DNA of 64,000 nt, from positions 3,793,904-3,857,903 of the forward strand of contig CP070717.1 in the NCBI GenBank assembly GCA_020350445.1, read 5' to 3'. This DNA comes from Acidobacteriota bacterium (GTDB lineage: Bacteria; Acidobacteriota; UBA6911; RPQK01; JAPXNP01). Below are positions 9,856-20,194 of this stretch, one piece after another. The stretch's first letter is position 1. Every line of letters begins with the position of its first letter. The position numbers were made by a program, and so were the translations under genes. The notes under the pieces were generated by a model, which worked only from the letters and a program-made list of their open reading frames with translations, was not told the origin of the DNA and made no database searches.

Positions 9856-10128
9856 CTATTCTTCCTCGGAACCCTGAGCCAGGGTCACTATTTCCTGCTT
9901 GAGGAACGACTTGAGACGCTGCTGAACCTCGAGGGGAACATCGACCTGCTGTTCGCGAAGGCGATGAGTCAGGTCAGCAGACCGCTCAAATGTATTCACA
10001 AAGTTGATACAGGGAGCACAACCCGCGAGGTGTTCGTCAAGTTTGTCCTTGACCTCCGAATCGAGACTCCCTTCGAGGTAGTCCGTCAGTAAGTCAACGC
10101 ATTCCTCACATCGAAAAAAGTCTTTCAT
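9856..10128 (-). CDS. Anti-sigma factor, zf-HC2 (putative zinc-finger) type
   Basis: 90 aa with CEECVDLLTDYLEG…HLAGCAPC (H/C-x-x-C pattern). It overlaps the upstream ECF sigma gene by 4 bp. Confidence 0.55.
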   Translation of the reverse strand: MKDFFRCEECVDLLTDYLEGSLDSEVKDKLDEHLAGCAPCINFVNTFERSADLTHRLREQQVDVPLEVQQRLKSFLKQEIVTLAQGSEEE

Positions 10129-10727
10129 CTCTTGCCTTCGAAATAATGTGCCAACCGCTCTCTTACAAACAATCGTGCTCTGTGAATTCGCGTCTTCGTC
10201 GTTGGTTCCTTCAGGCCCAGCAGAGATGAAATCTGCTTGATCGAGTAGCCTTCGATATCCTTCAATGCGAGTGGTACGCGATATTCGAATGGGAGCGATT
10301 GAACGGCGTCGTAAAGCTCACCGGCCAGTTCGGAATTCAGGTAGACCTCTTCGGGGTCAACAGACCACCCATAGACGGGGTTGTCAAACTCTCCATCCCT
10401 GGAGAATCGCGGCATCATGTCGTCTAACTGCATGGTCCGCTCCTGCTTTGCCCGGTGCTTTCTAAGCCACATAATGCCGTTGTTGATTGCAATCCTCCTC
10501 ATCCAAGGCCATATGTCACTTTCCTCCCGAAAGGTTTCAATCTTTCTTATGATTTTTAGGAGAGTGTCCTGGAGGATCTCCTCCGCATCGGAAGGATTCT
10601 TGGTGTAGTTGAGGATGACACCAAACAGAGGGCGGGAATAATGATCGACGAAATCGTCGATGACTCCGGCATCCAAAGCTTTCAGCCCTTCGACGATCTT
10701 CTGCTGATCCAGTTCTTTTGTCTTCAT
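10125..10727 (-). CDS. ECF-subfamily RNA polymerase sigma-70 factor
   Basis: 200 aa with sigma-70 region 2 (ILQDTLLKIIRKIETF) and region 4 HTH (YSIKQISSLLGLKEPTTKTRIHRARLFVRERL). Confidence 0.8.
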   Translation of the reverse strand: MKTKELDQQKIVEGLKALDAGVIDDFVDHYSRPLFGVILNYTKNPSDAEEILQDTLLKIIRKIETFREESDIWPWMRRIAINNGIMWLRKHRAKQERTMQLDDMMPRFSRDGEFDNPVYGWSVDPEEVYLNSELAGELYDAVQSLPFEYRVPLALKDIEGYSIKQISSLLGLKEPTTKTRIHRARLFVRERLAHYFEGKR

Positions 10728-10835
10728 GGTAGCGACTTCGTTTTATCACATAACGGAACAGATGTCAGGTTCCAAAGCATCCTTTGAGGTTCCAGGACCG
10801 GGTATCTTCAGAGGTAAATCTGGTAGGATGGCGTC

Positions 10836-13172
10836 ATGAGATTGCGGCTCCGAAAATGGGGGATTCTCGGACTCCTGGTGCTCTTGGCAACCGCATCCTT
10901 TCTGCCCGCTCAGCGGCGGGGGGGGCGGATCGTGTTGCCCGAGTATTATCGGGCGTTTCGCGCTCATGAAATGGACGAGAGATTCAGTCGCGTGGTCTTC
11001 CGCAACGGACTCACCGTCATCGTGGAAGAGCATCCCAGTCTACCCCTGGCCGTGGTCTCTTTGACCGTGAAGGTGGGAAGTCTTGATAGCGACGGCAGAA
11101 CCAAGGCTGCCGTGCTCGCAGAGTTTCTCAGAACTCGTCTGGTGCGGGGCATCGATGAACTGGGTGGTCGCCTGGCGGTTTCGGTTCATGAGTTCTCTAC
11201 CCAATTCACCGTTACGGTACCGGAGGACAACGCTCTCGAGGCGCTCGAGGAACTCGAGAAGGTGTTTTTGAGAAAAGATTGGGATGAGGAACAGCTCGAG
11301 TTCTCGCAACGCTGGATTTCTGAAAAAACGCAGCGCTGGGAGAAGAGCTCCTGGCGGCAGCGAGTGGACCCCCTGATCGACGCTGTCTTCGGCGGATCTG
11401 CTCAGATTCTGGAGAGTGCCCAGGATTCCACCGAGTCATTCCGGGAGTTTCACCGGCTCTACTACCATACGAACAACGCCATTGTGACCGTCACCGGCGC
11501 GGTGCGGCGCGAGCAGGTATTGCGCAAGCTCGTCGACTTGGTGGGGGAGTCAGAACCACCGTTTGATGGCAAGCAGGGCGGGTACTGGGCCGATCGTCAG
11601 GCGAGCGTTGAGGGCTTTCATTATGGTCAGAGGACTTTTCGAGAACCGGTTCCGTTAGTTCTGCTCGGTTTCCCTTATCCCGAAGCCCGTAGCAGCGATT
11701 ATTGGAAGGGAGAAATCGTCTCCTACCTACTCGGCGAAGGACAGGCAGCGTTGCTGCGACTGGAGGCGGGTGAGGAACCTGAGCCGCGGGCGTTTGAAGT
11801 CAAGGTCTGGCAAGAAGTGAGAGAGAGGGGGACCTGTCTGGTCATCGGATTCGCTCCTGAGCCGGGGGCTCTCGACCGGGCCGAAACCCGTGTGCTGGGA
11901 ACCCTGCGGGCGCTGGCGGCATCGCCCTTGCCGGTTTCAGTGCTGAACCGGGCCAAGGCCCTGCGGGTGGCCGATTTCTACCATTCCATGGAAGACCTTG
12001 CGAAACGCGCGGAACAACTGGCCCATTTCGAGGCTCTCGGAGATTTTCGAGCACGGGATCGAGTTCCAGAGTCGATCGCAGAGATCACTCCAGCAGAAGT
12101 CCAGGCGTTTGCCAGAAAGTTTCTGAATCGGGAGAGGCTTTCCGTCATTGAATGGCTGCCGGCTGGTGGCGAAGCCCGGACATTTGACCAGGAGTCCTTT
12201 CGAGAGACGGTTGACATTCTGGCTCCGGAAGGGACTCGGCAGGCTGTCGGCTTGCTCGCCAATCTGGATGAAGAAGGGGTGGGGCGTTTCAAGCCGCAGA
12301 CGATAACGCCACTTTTTTCCCGTTCCGACCTCAAACGCAGTTCGGTGCTTCGCGGACCTGAAATCTATCTCAGGGAACAGCATACCGATCCCCTCGTACA
12401 TCTTGGGTTCTTTTTTCCAGGCGGCCGGGTCTCGGAGACTCCCCAGAATACCGGGATGACGGAACTGGTTTTGCGAGCGGTCCTGGCCGCCCAGGCCCGT
12501 CGTGAAGGTGGTCTTCTCATCAACCGATTCGAGCAGATGGGCAGCCGTGTCGAGATCGTGAACCGACCCGATTTCTTTGGGTATCGGGTGACCATGCTTT
12601 CGCGCGAATTGAACGAAGCTTTCTTGAACATGGTGATGTTTCTCAGAGAGGCCACCTTTGAGGAGGCGGATCTCGAATCAGCCCGAAAGGCCATGCTGAA
12701 GCAGCGTCTTCTGGATGTGGACTGGGATCGGGATCGACCGGTGCGGTGGGTTGCACGGCAGTTGTTTGGCGAGCATCCATACGCTTTCAACTGGAAAGAT
12801 CGGGTGGAACTGGTTTCGCAGATCAAACTGGAAGATGCGAAAAGCTGGCTTGACCAGAACATTCGTGGAGTCCATCCCTACATCGTAGTTTCTGGTGATG
12901 TCGCCGGTACCTCATTCCTGCAGGCCTTCATTTCGCGCCTGAGCGATCCTCGCCTCGAAGTCCGGGAGGCTGTGCGCAACGAGGTCAAATTTGCCGAGAA
13001 TGAGGCAGGGCAGTCGGGCCTGGCCCAGCTGGAGTTGGATGGCGAAGTGGCGATCGCTTTTCCCGGTCCCGAGGAAGGGACCTACCTGTTGGAGATGGTC
13101 GATCTGGCTGAACGCCTCATTGCCGGTGAAGGAGGCATTCTTTATCGGCTGCTGCGGGAGACAGAGAAATGA
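10836..13172 (+). CDS. M16 (pitrilysin/insulinase)-family protein, secreted, apparently non-catalytic; the ORF ends at an in-frame TGA
   Basis: Signal peptide plus two M16-like halves. The position of the HxxEH zinc motif reads AEFLRT (no His or Glu ligands). The same reading frame continues after the TGA at 13170-13172 into ORF 13182-13526. Confidence 0.65.
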   Translation: MRLRLRKWGILGLLVLLATASFLPAQRRGGRIVLPEYYRAFRAHEMDERFSRVVFRNGLTVIVEEHPSLPLAVVSLTVKVGSLDSDGRTKAAVLAEFLRTRLVRGIDELGGRLAVSVHEFSTQFTVTVPEDNALEALEELEKVFLRKDWDEEQLEFSQRWISEKTQRWEKSSWRQRVDPLIDAVFGGSAQILESAQDSTESFREFHRLYYHTNNAIVTVTGAVRREQVLRKLVDLVGESEPPFDGKQGGYWADRQASVEGFHYGQRTFREPVPLVLLGFPYPEARSSDYWKGEIVSYLLGEGQAALLRLEAGEEPEPRAFEVKVWQEVRERGTCLVIGFAPEPGALDRAETRVLGTLRALAASPLPVSVLNRAKALRVADFYHSMEDLAKRAEQLAHFEALGDFRARDRVPESIAEITPAEVQAFARKFLNRERLSVIEWLPAGGEARTFDQESFRETVDILAPEGTRQAVGLLANLDEEGVGRFKPQTITPLFSRSDLKRSSVLRGPEIYLREQHTDPLVHLGFFFPGGRVSETPQNTGMTELVLRAVLAAQARREGGLLINRFEQMGSRVEIVNRPDFFGYRVTMLSRELNEAFLNMVMFLREATFEEADLESARKAMLKQRLLDVDWDRDRPVRWVARQLFGEHPYAFNWKDRVELVSQIKLEDAKSWLDQNIRGVHPYIVVSGDVAGTSFLQAFISRLSDPRLEVREAVRNEVKFAENEAGQSGLAQLELDGEVAIAFPGPEEGTYLLEMVDLAERLIAGEGGILYRLLRETEK

Positions 13173-13181
13173 CTGGGCGAT

Positions 13182-13526
13182 GTGTCGATGCGGACGGAAT
13201 CGCTGGTCGGAGGAGGGGCGATTCTGCTGCGGATATCGGGACCTCAGGCCGATCTCTCAAAGACCGCTGAACGGGTCGTGTCTGAAATCCGCAGTCTGAC
13301 CGAAACCACGGTGACCGAGTCGGTCTTTCTGGATGCCGTGGTCGGCGTGATCACAGACCTTTACATCAACGGGGCCGATCATGATCGGTTTCTGATCGAC
13401 ACGATGGAGGCGATACTTGGCGGCGAGACCGTGGATTACCAGACCAATTACGTCCTGAATCTCAAACAGATGCGAATGGGTGAGGTTGAATCCGCCCTGA
13501 AGCGATTTATCAGGGGGAACAATTGA
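13182..13526 (+). CDS. Probable C-terminal continuation of the M16-like protein (Peptidase_M16_C tail), separated by an in-frame stop
   Basis: Same frame as 10836-13172 (both start positions are multiples of 3) and only 3 codons after the TGA. The sequence resembles the terminal helices of an M16_C domain. Combined length is about 896 aa. Confidence 0.4.
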   Translation: MSMRTESLVGGGAILLRISGPQADLSKTAERVVSEIRSLTETTVTESVFLDAVVGVITDLYINGADHDRFLIDTMEAILGGETVDYQTNYVLNLKQMRMGEVESALKRFIRGNN

Positions 13527-14590
13527 AAGCATTGATCATGGCAGGAGGGCAGGGGACACGGTTCTGGCCGGCGAGCGTGGCCCAGTGTCCGAAGCAGTTT
13601 CTGAAGATCTCGGGTGAGCGAACCTTGTTTCAGGACACGGTCTACCGCCTGCTGCCATTTCTGGATATTTCGGACGTCTTCGTAGTCTGCAGCCAGCGTT
13701 ATGTGGCCCTGGTCCGGGAACAGGTTCCCGAGCTGAGCGATGATCAGATCATCGTCGAACCGGCTCCCAGGAATACCGCGCCCTGTATCGGATTTGCTGC
13801 GACCTATCTCGCAAGCCGTTTTCCCGGTGAGGTCATGGCCGTTCTTCCCGCCGATCATGTGATCCGGGAAGTCGGGGAATTTCACCGCCTGCTGGGCGAC
13901 GCTGAACGTCTGGCTCAGGAGGGCTGGCTGGTGACGTTTGGCATCGAACCGGACCATCCTTCAACAGGCTACGGCTATCTGGAGCGTGGGGAAGAGGTAT
14001 CCTCGCAGTCTGCCTTGGATCGGCCCGCCTTCCGCGTTGTCCGGTTCACCGAGAAACCCGACCTGGAAACCGCTCAGACGTTTCTCCGTTCCGGTGTCTA
14101 TAGCTGGAATAGCGGCATGTTCGTCTGGCAGATCGGCGACATCCTCAATCAACTGAAACAGCACACACCACGGTTGTACAAGACTCTGATCCAGATTGAA
14201 GAAGCCGGTCGTTCGAGCCCCCTCGCTGCCGAGCTTTTCTCCTCCTGTGAAAAGATCTCAATTGACTACGCTGTGATGGAACGAACAGACCGGGCTGCCC
14301 TCTTTCCCTGCCGTCTGGGCTGGGATGATGTCGGCAGCTGGGGAGCGGTGAGGAACGTGAGGCGCAGCCAGGGGCAGGGCATTGTGAGCGATACCCTGAC
14401 GATCCCCATCGATAGCCGGGACTGCGTTGTCTTTTCCCGGAGTGGCAAGTTGGTCGGACTGGTCGGCGTCGACAACCTGGTGGTCGTGGAGACGGCGGAT
14501 TCTCTACTGATCTGTGCCGAGGACAGGGCCCAGGAAGTCAAGGCGCTGGTGGATGAGCTCAAGGCTCGCAAACTCGAGAAGTATCTCTAG
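13523..14590 (+). CDS. manC: Mannose-1-phosphate guanylyltransferase (GDP-mannose pyrophosphorylase)
   Basis: N-terminal nucleotidyltransferase motif MKALIMAGGQGTRFWP, 355 aa. Confidence 0.85.
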   Translation: MKALIMAGGQGTRFWPASVAQCPKQFLKISGERTLFQDTVYRLLPFLDISDVFVVCSQRYVALVREQVPELSDDQIIVEPAPRNTAPCIGFAATYLASRFPGEVMAVLPADHVIREVGEFHRLLGDAERLAQEGWLVTFGIEPDHPSTGYGYLERGEEVSSQSALDRPAFRVVRFTEKPDLETAQTFLRSGVYSWNSGMFVWQIGDILNQLKQHTPRLYKTLIQIEEAGRSSPLAAELFSSCEKISIDYAVMERTDRAALFPCRLGWDDVGSWGAVRNVRRSQGQGIVSDTLTIPIDSRDCVVFSRSGKLVGLVGVDNLVVVETADSLLICAEDRAQEVKALVDELKARKLEKYL

Positions 14591-14617
14591 ACCGAGGGAT
14601 GTGGAGGCCAAGGATTC

Positions 14618-15676
14618 GTGTTGGACAAGAGTGAGACGATTCAGGACCTGGACCGGGGAGGAATCCTCGAGATTATGGGGCAGTTCGATCGGCATCTGGA
14701 GGCAGCCGCCGGGCTGGCCGAAGGACTGTCGCTCGGAGAAGTCCCGGCTGACACTCGCAACGTCGTTCTGCTGGGGATGGGCGGATCGGCAATCGGAGGA
14801 GATCTAGCCAAAGCCTATCTCGGTCCCCGCCTGACGCTTCCTCTCGAGGTCGTGCGCAGCTATTCACTGCCCGGTCATGTCGGGAAGGGAACTCTGGTAA
14901 TTGTCAGCAGTTACTCGGGGAACACCGAGGAAACACTTTCAGCATTTGCAGCCGCCCGCAGGACGAGTGCCTCCGTAGTCGCAATAACCTCGGGCGGTGA
15001 AGTGGAAGAACTGGCCAGGAAGCATCAATTTGCCTGTCTCAAGTTGCCGGGAGGTCAGCCTCCCCGAACAGCGTTGCCATTCTCGTTCGTCGGCATCCTG
15101 GGTGTGTTGGAGAAGTCAGGGCTGGTCAGCGGAGCGATTCGTGAAGTCCGTCAGTCGATTCCCTGGGTGAGTGAGCGCTTGCGGTTGTACGGACCTGAAC
15201 AGATGGAGTCAGAGAATCCAGCGAAGCAGCTGGCCCGGCAGTTGCACGGCCGGATCTCCGTTGTCTACGGCAGTGAGGGTCGCCTCGCTTATGTGGCCCG
15301 TCGCTGGAGTGGGCAGTTCTGTGAGAATGGAAAGGGCCTTTCCTATTTCAGCGCCCTGCCCGAAATGAATCACAACGAGATTGTGGGCTGGAAACATCCT
15401 GAGGAGACCCTGGCAGACATTCTGCCGATTTTTTTGAGCGATCGCGACGATGAAAGACGGGTGGCGATCCGCGCCACCATCACGCGGGAGCTTCTCAAAC
15501 AGTGGACCGATCCGATTCTCGAGTTCAGAGCAGAGGGAAACAGCTGGCTCGAACGGTTGTGGACACTGATCCTGTTGGGAGACTTTGCGAGCGTCTATCT
15601 GGCCCTCCTCAATAGCGAAGATCCAACACCCGTTGAACCGATTGAGCAGCTGAAGAACCGCCTCAAGGACTTTTGA
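14618..15676 (+). CDS. Bifunctional phosphoglucose/phosphomannose isomerase (SIS-domain PGI/PMI family)
   Basis: 352 aa with SIS-type motifs (VVLLGMGGSAIGG, VIVSSYSGNTEET). Sits between manC and the phosphomannomutase. Confidence 0.7.
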   Translation: MLDKSETIQDLDRGGILEIMGQFDRHLEAAAGLAEGLSLGEVPADTRNVVLLGMGGSAIGGDLAKAYLGPRLTLPLEVVRSYSLPGHVGKGTLVIVSSYSGNTEETLSAFAAARRTSASVVAITSGGEVEELARKHQFACLKLPGGQPPRTALPFSFVGILGVLEKSGLVSGAIREVRQSIPWVSERLRLYGPEQMESENPAKQLARQLHGRISVVYGSEGRLAYVARRWSGQFCENGKGLSYFSALPEMNHNEIVGWKHPEETLADILPIFLSDRDDERRVAIRATITRELLKQWTDPILEFRAEGNSWLERLWTLILLGDFASVYLALLNSEDPTPVEPIEQLKNRLKDF

Positions 15677-15752
15677 GCGAATAGGGTTGGGCTTTCCCTT
15701 GGGAAGGTCTAGACTGGTGGGCGCAAGCTAAAACTGCGAAGACAGGAGACAG

Positions 15753-17120
15753 ATGAATAGAGAGATCTTTCGAGAGTACGATATCCGGGGCATCGCTGAC
15801 CGGGATCTGGTTCCCGAGGCCATCGTGAAGCTGGGGAAGTCGATCGCGGTCTATATGCTGCGGGAAGGTCGCAGACGGATTGCTGTGGGACGGGATGTTC
15901 GGCTGAGCTCGAAGCGCCTTCGAGACAACCTGGTCGAAGGTCTGACTTCTTGCGGAATAGATGTGGTCGATATTGGAGAATGCCCGACGCCGTTGCTCTA
16001 CTATGCCCTCTACAAGCTCGATGTAGATGGTGGGGTGATGATTACCGGCAGCCACAATCCTGCTGAGTACAACGGTTTCAAGGTCTCGGCCGGACGGGCG
16101 TCGCTTCATGGGGAACAGATTCAGGACCTGCTGCAGATCGCTGAAGCAGGGGAATTTCCCGCTGGTAGTGGCAGGGTGGAGACGGTTTCAGTTCGCGACC
16201 GGTACATCGAGGAGATTGCGGATACCTTCGGCACTCTGAATCGGCCCGTCAAAGTGGTGGTGGACTGTGGGAACGGCGCCGCATCGATTCTGGCTGTGGA
16301 AGTCTTTGAGCGCCTGGGCTGCGAGGTCGTACCTCTCTTCTGCGAAGTCGACGGTCGTTTTCCCAATCACCATCCGGATCCCACCGTGGAAGAGTTCCTG
16401 CAGGACCTGATTCGGCAGGTAAGGGAATCGGGGGCTGAGTTGGGGATTGCCTTTGACGGCGATGGCGACCGGATCGGGGCTGTCGATCATGAGGGACGCA
16501 TTATCTGGGGAGACGAGCTGATGGTTCTTTTCTCCCGGAGTGTTCTCAAGGATAATCCGGGCGCCACGATCATCGGTGAAGTCAAATGCTCGAAGACCCT
16601 TTACGATGACATAACCCGCCGAGGCGGCAAGGCTGTCATGTGGAAGGCTGGCCATTCCCTGATCAAGGCGAAGATGAGAGAAACGGGGGCCCTTCTCGGT
16701 GGAGAGATGAGCGGGCATATGTTCTTCGCTGATCGTTTCTACGGTTTTGACGACGCCATATATGCTGGAGCCCGGCTGTTGGAGATCTGTGCCGGCGCTC
16801 AAGAGAGTGTGGCGGAGATGCTGTCAGACCTTCCAAAGACATTCCACACGCCCGAGATCCGAATGGATTCTCCGGAGCCGATCAAGTTCGAAGTCGTCAA
16901 GCGAGCCCAGGACTTCTTTTCTGAGCACTATGATGCGGTCACGATCGATGGCGTTCGGGTGTTGTTCGATGACGGATGGGGCCTGGTTCGAGCTTCCAAC
17001 ACACAGCCGGCTCTGGTGTTGAGGTTTGAGGCGGTGACGGAGCAGCGTTTGGGGGAGATCCGAGGTTTACTGGAAGGTAAGCTCGAAGAGATCACTCGAG
17101 AGGTTTCGGCTGGAGCATGA
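15753..17120 (+). CDS. manB: Phosphomannomutase/phosphoglucomutase
   Basis: Active-site serine loop TGSHNPAEYNGFKV and metal-binding FDGDGDR, 455 aa. Confidence 0.85.
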   Translation: MNREIFREYDIRGIADRDLVPEAIVKLGKSIAVYMLREGRRRIAVGRDVRLSSKRLRDNLVEGLTSCGIDVVDIGECPTPLLYYALYKLDVDGGVMITGSHNPAEYNGFKVSAGRASLHGEQIQDLLQIAEAGEFPAGSGRVETVSVRDRYIEEIADTFGTLNRPVKVVVDCGNGAASILAVEVFERLGCEVVPLFCEVDGRFPNHHPDPTVEEFLQDLIRQVRESGAELGIAFDGDGDRIGAVDHEGRIIWGDELMVLFSRSVLKDNPGATIIGEVKCSKTLYDDITRRGGKAVMWKAGHSLIKAKMRETGALLGGEMSGHMFFADRFYGFDDAIYAGARLLEICAGAQESVAEMLSDLPKTFHTPEIRMDSPEPIKFEVVKRAQDFFSEHYDAVTIDGVRVLFDDGWGLVRASNTQPALVLRFEAVTEQRLGEIRGLLEGKLEEITREVSAGA

Positions 17121-17935
17121 TCATGGGTAACTACTACGTTCTGATTGTCAGTGATGGAACCGGAGAAACGGCCTACCGTTTGCTGAAAGCGGCAATGCGT
17201 CAGTTTGACTCTGACATCTTGATCACACGATATGCCAAGGTCCGCGAAACACAGCAGATTGATGAGATCGTCAAAGCTGTCAAGCGCAGCCATACTCTTA
17301 TTGTGCACACCTTTGCGTCCCGAATCCTCAGGGACTACATGACCGATCGGGCAGCGAAAGAAGGTGCCGAGTGCATCGACGTTTTGGGTCCGCTGGTTGA
17401 AGAGCTAGCGGTCTTTTTTCAGAAGAAACCGGTTTCCAAGCCGGGACTCCTTCACCAGGTCGATGAGGAGTATTTTGACCGGGTCGAGGCGATCGAGTTC
17501 GCGATTCGTCACGACGATGGGGAATCGACCGAAGACCTGGACAGCGCGGATATCGTTCTTGTCGGTATCAGCCGGACGTCGAAGACGCCACTGAGTATCT
17601 ACCTGGCAATGGAAGGTTGGCGTGTCGCCAATATCCCGATCGTGGTTGGATCGAAGCTGCCGGCCAAACTGTTCAAACTCGATTCGCACAAGGTTGTCGG
17701 ACTCGTCGTGGATCCGAAGCGGCTGGCTGAAGCCCGGAGCTTTCGCCTGGAACAGCTCGGTGTCGAGGGGAGCAGTTATGCCGATGCGGAGAGGATCCAG
17801 GGGGAACTCGAGTATGTGGAAGCGGTTTTCGAACAGAACCCGGAATGGCCGGTCATCGATGTGACGGGTAAGTCGATCGAGGAGGTCTCGCAGGAGGTCC
17901 TCGATGTGGTCATTGGGCGTGGACGTAGACTGTGA
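17117..17935 (+). CDS. PEP synthase / pyruvate,phosphate dikinase regulatory protein (PSRP, DUF299 kinase/pyrophosphorylase)
   Basis: 272 aa. N-terminal YYVLIVSDGTGETA and P-loop-like GISRTSKTPLS are typical of the YdiA/PSRP family. Confidence 0.8.
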   Translation: MIMGNYYVLIVSDGTGETAYRLLKAAMRQFDSDILITRYAKVRETQQIDEIVKAVKRSHTLIVHTFASRILRDYMTDRAAKEGAECIDVLGPLVEELAVFFQKKPVSKPGLLHQVDEEYFDRVEAIEFAIRHDDGESTEDLDSADIVLVGISRTSKTPLSIYLAMEGWRVANIPIVVGSKLPAKLFKLDSHKVVGLVVDPKRLAEARSFRLEQLGVEGSSYADAERIQGELEYVEAVFEQNPEWPVIDVTGKSIEEVSQEVLDVVIGRGRRL

Positions 17936-17947
17936 GAAGCGATTCGG

Positions 17948-18802
17948 ATGATCTTTGCCGCGAAATATCATGGGTTTGGAAATGACTTCGTGATCGTCTC
18001 GTCCGACCAGGTCCTGGACGATCAGTTGTCAGGGCTGGCACGAGCGATTTGTGACCCCCATTTTGGAATCGGAGCCGACGGTTGTGTCTATGTCGGACGG
18101 GAATCGGAGGAGGGGATCCCGATTCGGATTTTCAATCAGGATGGGAGTGAAGCCGGGATGTCAGGGAATGGCGCCCGCTGTGCGGCCGCCTTTGTTCATC
18201 ACCGGAAACTGGCGCGGTCAGATTCGCTCACCTTCCAGACTTCTTCGGGTCCGAAGGGTTACCACCTCCTGGAAGAGTCTTTCCCGGTTTGGCGGTATCG
18301 TTCCGCGATGGGAGTTGCGGAGTTCCGACCCGGGCGGATTCCCTGTACCCTGGCCCGGGATCTCCCGGCGGTCGAAGGTACCGAACTCGAACTGGGAGAA
18401 CGGGTTGTCCATCTGTGGGCCGTCAACGTCGGGAATCCCCAATGCGGTATTTTCTGCGCTGCACTGCCCGATGATGAAGCGTTCCATGCGATCGGATCGG
18501 CCTTGACATCGCATCCTGTCTTTCCGGAAGGGACGAACATCAGCTTCATCGAGGTTCAGGACCGCAATCGGGTCAGAATCCGGATCTGGGAGCGGGGAGT
18601 CGGACCGACGCACTCTTCCGGAACCGGCTGCTGCGGGGCCGCTCTCCTTTCCATTCGAGCCGGTAAAGTGGAGACCCCGGTTGAAGTCGTGACCGAGACG
18701 GGCAGCCAGGTGGTTGAATGGGACGGGAGCGGTGAGATCGCGCTCACGGGAGATGCCGAATTCATCGGGGACATCCACTTCTACTGGAGAGATGCATCCT
18801 GA
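17948..18802 (+). CDS. dapF: Diaminopimelate epimerase
   Basis: HGFGNDFVIV N-terminus and catalytic Cys motifs (GNGARCAAAF … HSSGTGCCGAA). Confidence 0.85.
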   Translation: MIFAAKYHGFGNDFVIVSSDQVLDDQLSGLARAICDPHFGIGADGCVYVGRESEEGIPIRIFNQDGSEAGMSGNGARCAAAFVHHRKLARSDSLTFQTSSGPKGYHLLEESFPVWRYRSAMGVAEFRPGRIPCTLARDLPAVEGTELELGERVVHLWAVNVGNPQCGIFCAALPDDEAFHAIGSALTSHPVFPEGTNISFIEVQDRNRVRIRIWERGVGPTHSSGTGCCGAALLSIRAGKVETPVEVVTETGSQVVEWDGSGEIALTGDAEFIGDIHFYWRDAS

Positions 18803-19956
18803 GAGACCGGTGGAGCCAGCAGGATCAGGGTCATTAGCGCGGTGCGTTCGACGAGCGAATCGAGGTAGATGAACTCGTGTGGTGCGTGGGCGCCGCCACC
18901 GACTGGTCCGAGGCCGTCCAGGGTTGCGGTCAGGGGACTCGTCAGGTTCCCGTCTGATCCGCCACCGGAGTGGGCCTGCTTTAGATCGAGTCCGAGGAAA
19001 AGACCCATCTCCCGTGCAATCTCCCAAAGTTCCTGATTCCTTCGTGTTGCCTCCATCGGGGGACGGTCCATTCCTCCGTTGACCCGGATCGTCGTTCCCT
19101 CGAGTGTTGATTTCAGGCCGCGGATGGCATCTTCAATTGTCGCTCCCTCCCGGGCGGTCTGCGTGCGTACATCGACCAGCGCCCGGGCGCGAGCGGGGAC
19201 GATATTGGAACGGGTGCCCCCCTCGACAACACCAACTGTGACGGTGTTGCCCCGGGCCGGGTCGTTGAGCTCGTGCAGGCGCTGAATCAAGTAGGCCATT
19301 TCAAGGACCGCACTCACACCGGCTTCGGGTTCGACCCCCGCATGCGCTGATCTTCCTTCGACTTCGATTTCAAAGAGGCCCACTCCCTTCCGGCTGGTCT
19401 TCAGGCGGCCATCCGGTTCCGCCGAGGGTTCCGGAACGAGAACCCGATTGAACCGTCGCGCCATGAGCTGAAGGCGAAAACGGGAGTCCTCGCTGGCGAG
19501 CTCTTCATCTGAAGTCACATAGACACAGGGGGTGACGCCCGGAACCAGGCCCAGCTCATTCAAGCAGAGCAGGGCATAGACAATCTGGGTCAGTCCAGCC
19601 TTCATGTCGTAGACACCAGGTCCCGCCATGCGTCCATCTTTGATCTGTAACGGCATGGTCTTCAGCGTTCCAACGGGCCAGACGGTGTCGCAGTGACCGA
19701 GGAGCAGCTGGGCGGGAATCCCTTTGATGCGTTTTGCCGGGCTAGCGAAGAGCTGTCCGCCGCTGAGGCGTCCGCGCAGCAGACAGACCTTGTAATCGAT
19801 CGCCCTGAGGGGGACGGCCAGGCGTTCGAGCACCGGGGGTTGGGTATGGGGATCCAGTGAAGGTGATTCGATCTCGACCAGTGATTTCAGGTATTCAACC
19901 ATTTCTTCACGGCGGTCGTTGAGGAAACTCAGGACTCTCGAGGCTGTCTTTTCCAT
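18781..19956 (-). CDS. M20-family metallopeptidase (ArgE/DapE-type deacylase)
   Basis: Start placed at MEKTASRVLSFLNDRREEMVEYLKSLVEIESPS, an M20 N-terminus. HCDTV and other M20 metal-ligand regions are present. The longer listed ORF upstream of this Met looks non-coding. The 3' end overlaps dapF convergently. Confidence 0.7.
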   Translation of the reverse strand: MEKTASRVLSFLNDRREEMVEYLKSLVEIESPSLDPHTQPPVLERLAVPLRAIDYKVCLLRGRLSGGQLFASPAKRIKGIPAQLLLGHCDTVWPVGTLKTMPLQIKDGRMAGPGVYDMKAGLTQIVYALLCLNELGLVPGVTPCVYVTSDEELASEDSRFRLQLMARRFNRVLVPEPSAEPDGRLKTSRKGVGLFEIEVEGRSAHAGVEPEAGVSAVLEMAYLIQRLHELNDPARGNTVTVGVVEGGTRSNIVPARARALVDVRTQTAREGATIEDAIRGLKSTLEGTTIRVNGGMDRPPMEATRRNQELWEIAREMGLFLGLDLKQAHSGGGSDGNLTSPLTATLDGLGPVGGGAHAPHEFIYLDSLVERTALMTLILLAPPVSQDASLQ

Positions 19957-20194
19957 AGCTGATTTGTGGGGTCGTGGGACCCAGTTCAGAGGGATTAAAA
20001 CACAGGATTCGTCGCCTTTCCATTCTCGTCTCCACTCTCCACAGACGGGACGGCCCTCTGCGATCCGAACTATTTCCGTTTCCGACCCGTCGAGCTGTTG
20101 AAGCTCACCATCTCGTGGACTAAACTTGGCCTTGCGGCCGAAGGCCGCCCTTTTAGGGAAAATTCTGGGGAAGTGTAGAAGGAGGTTATCAGCC

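Noticed and set aside
20126-20194. Upstream extension of mdh (MALRPKAALLGKILGKCRRRLSA)
   Set aside because: A strong AGGAGG RBS precedes the internal ATG at 20195, and the canonical MDH N-terminus MLNKIGLIGGG begins there.
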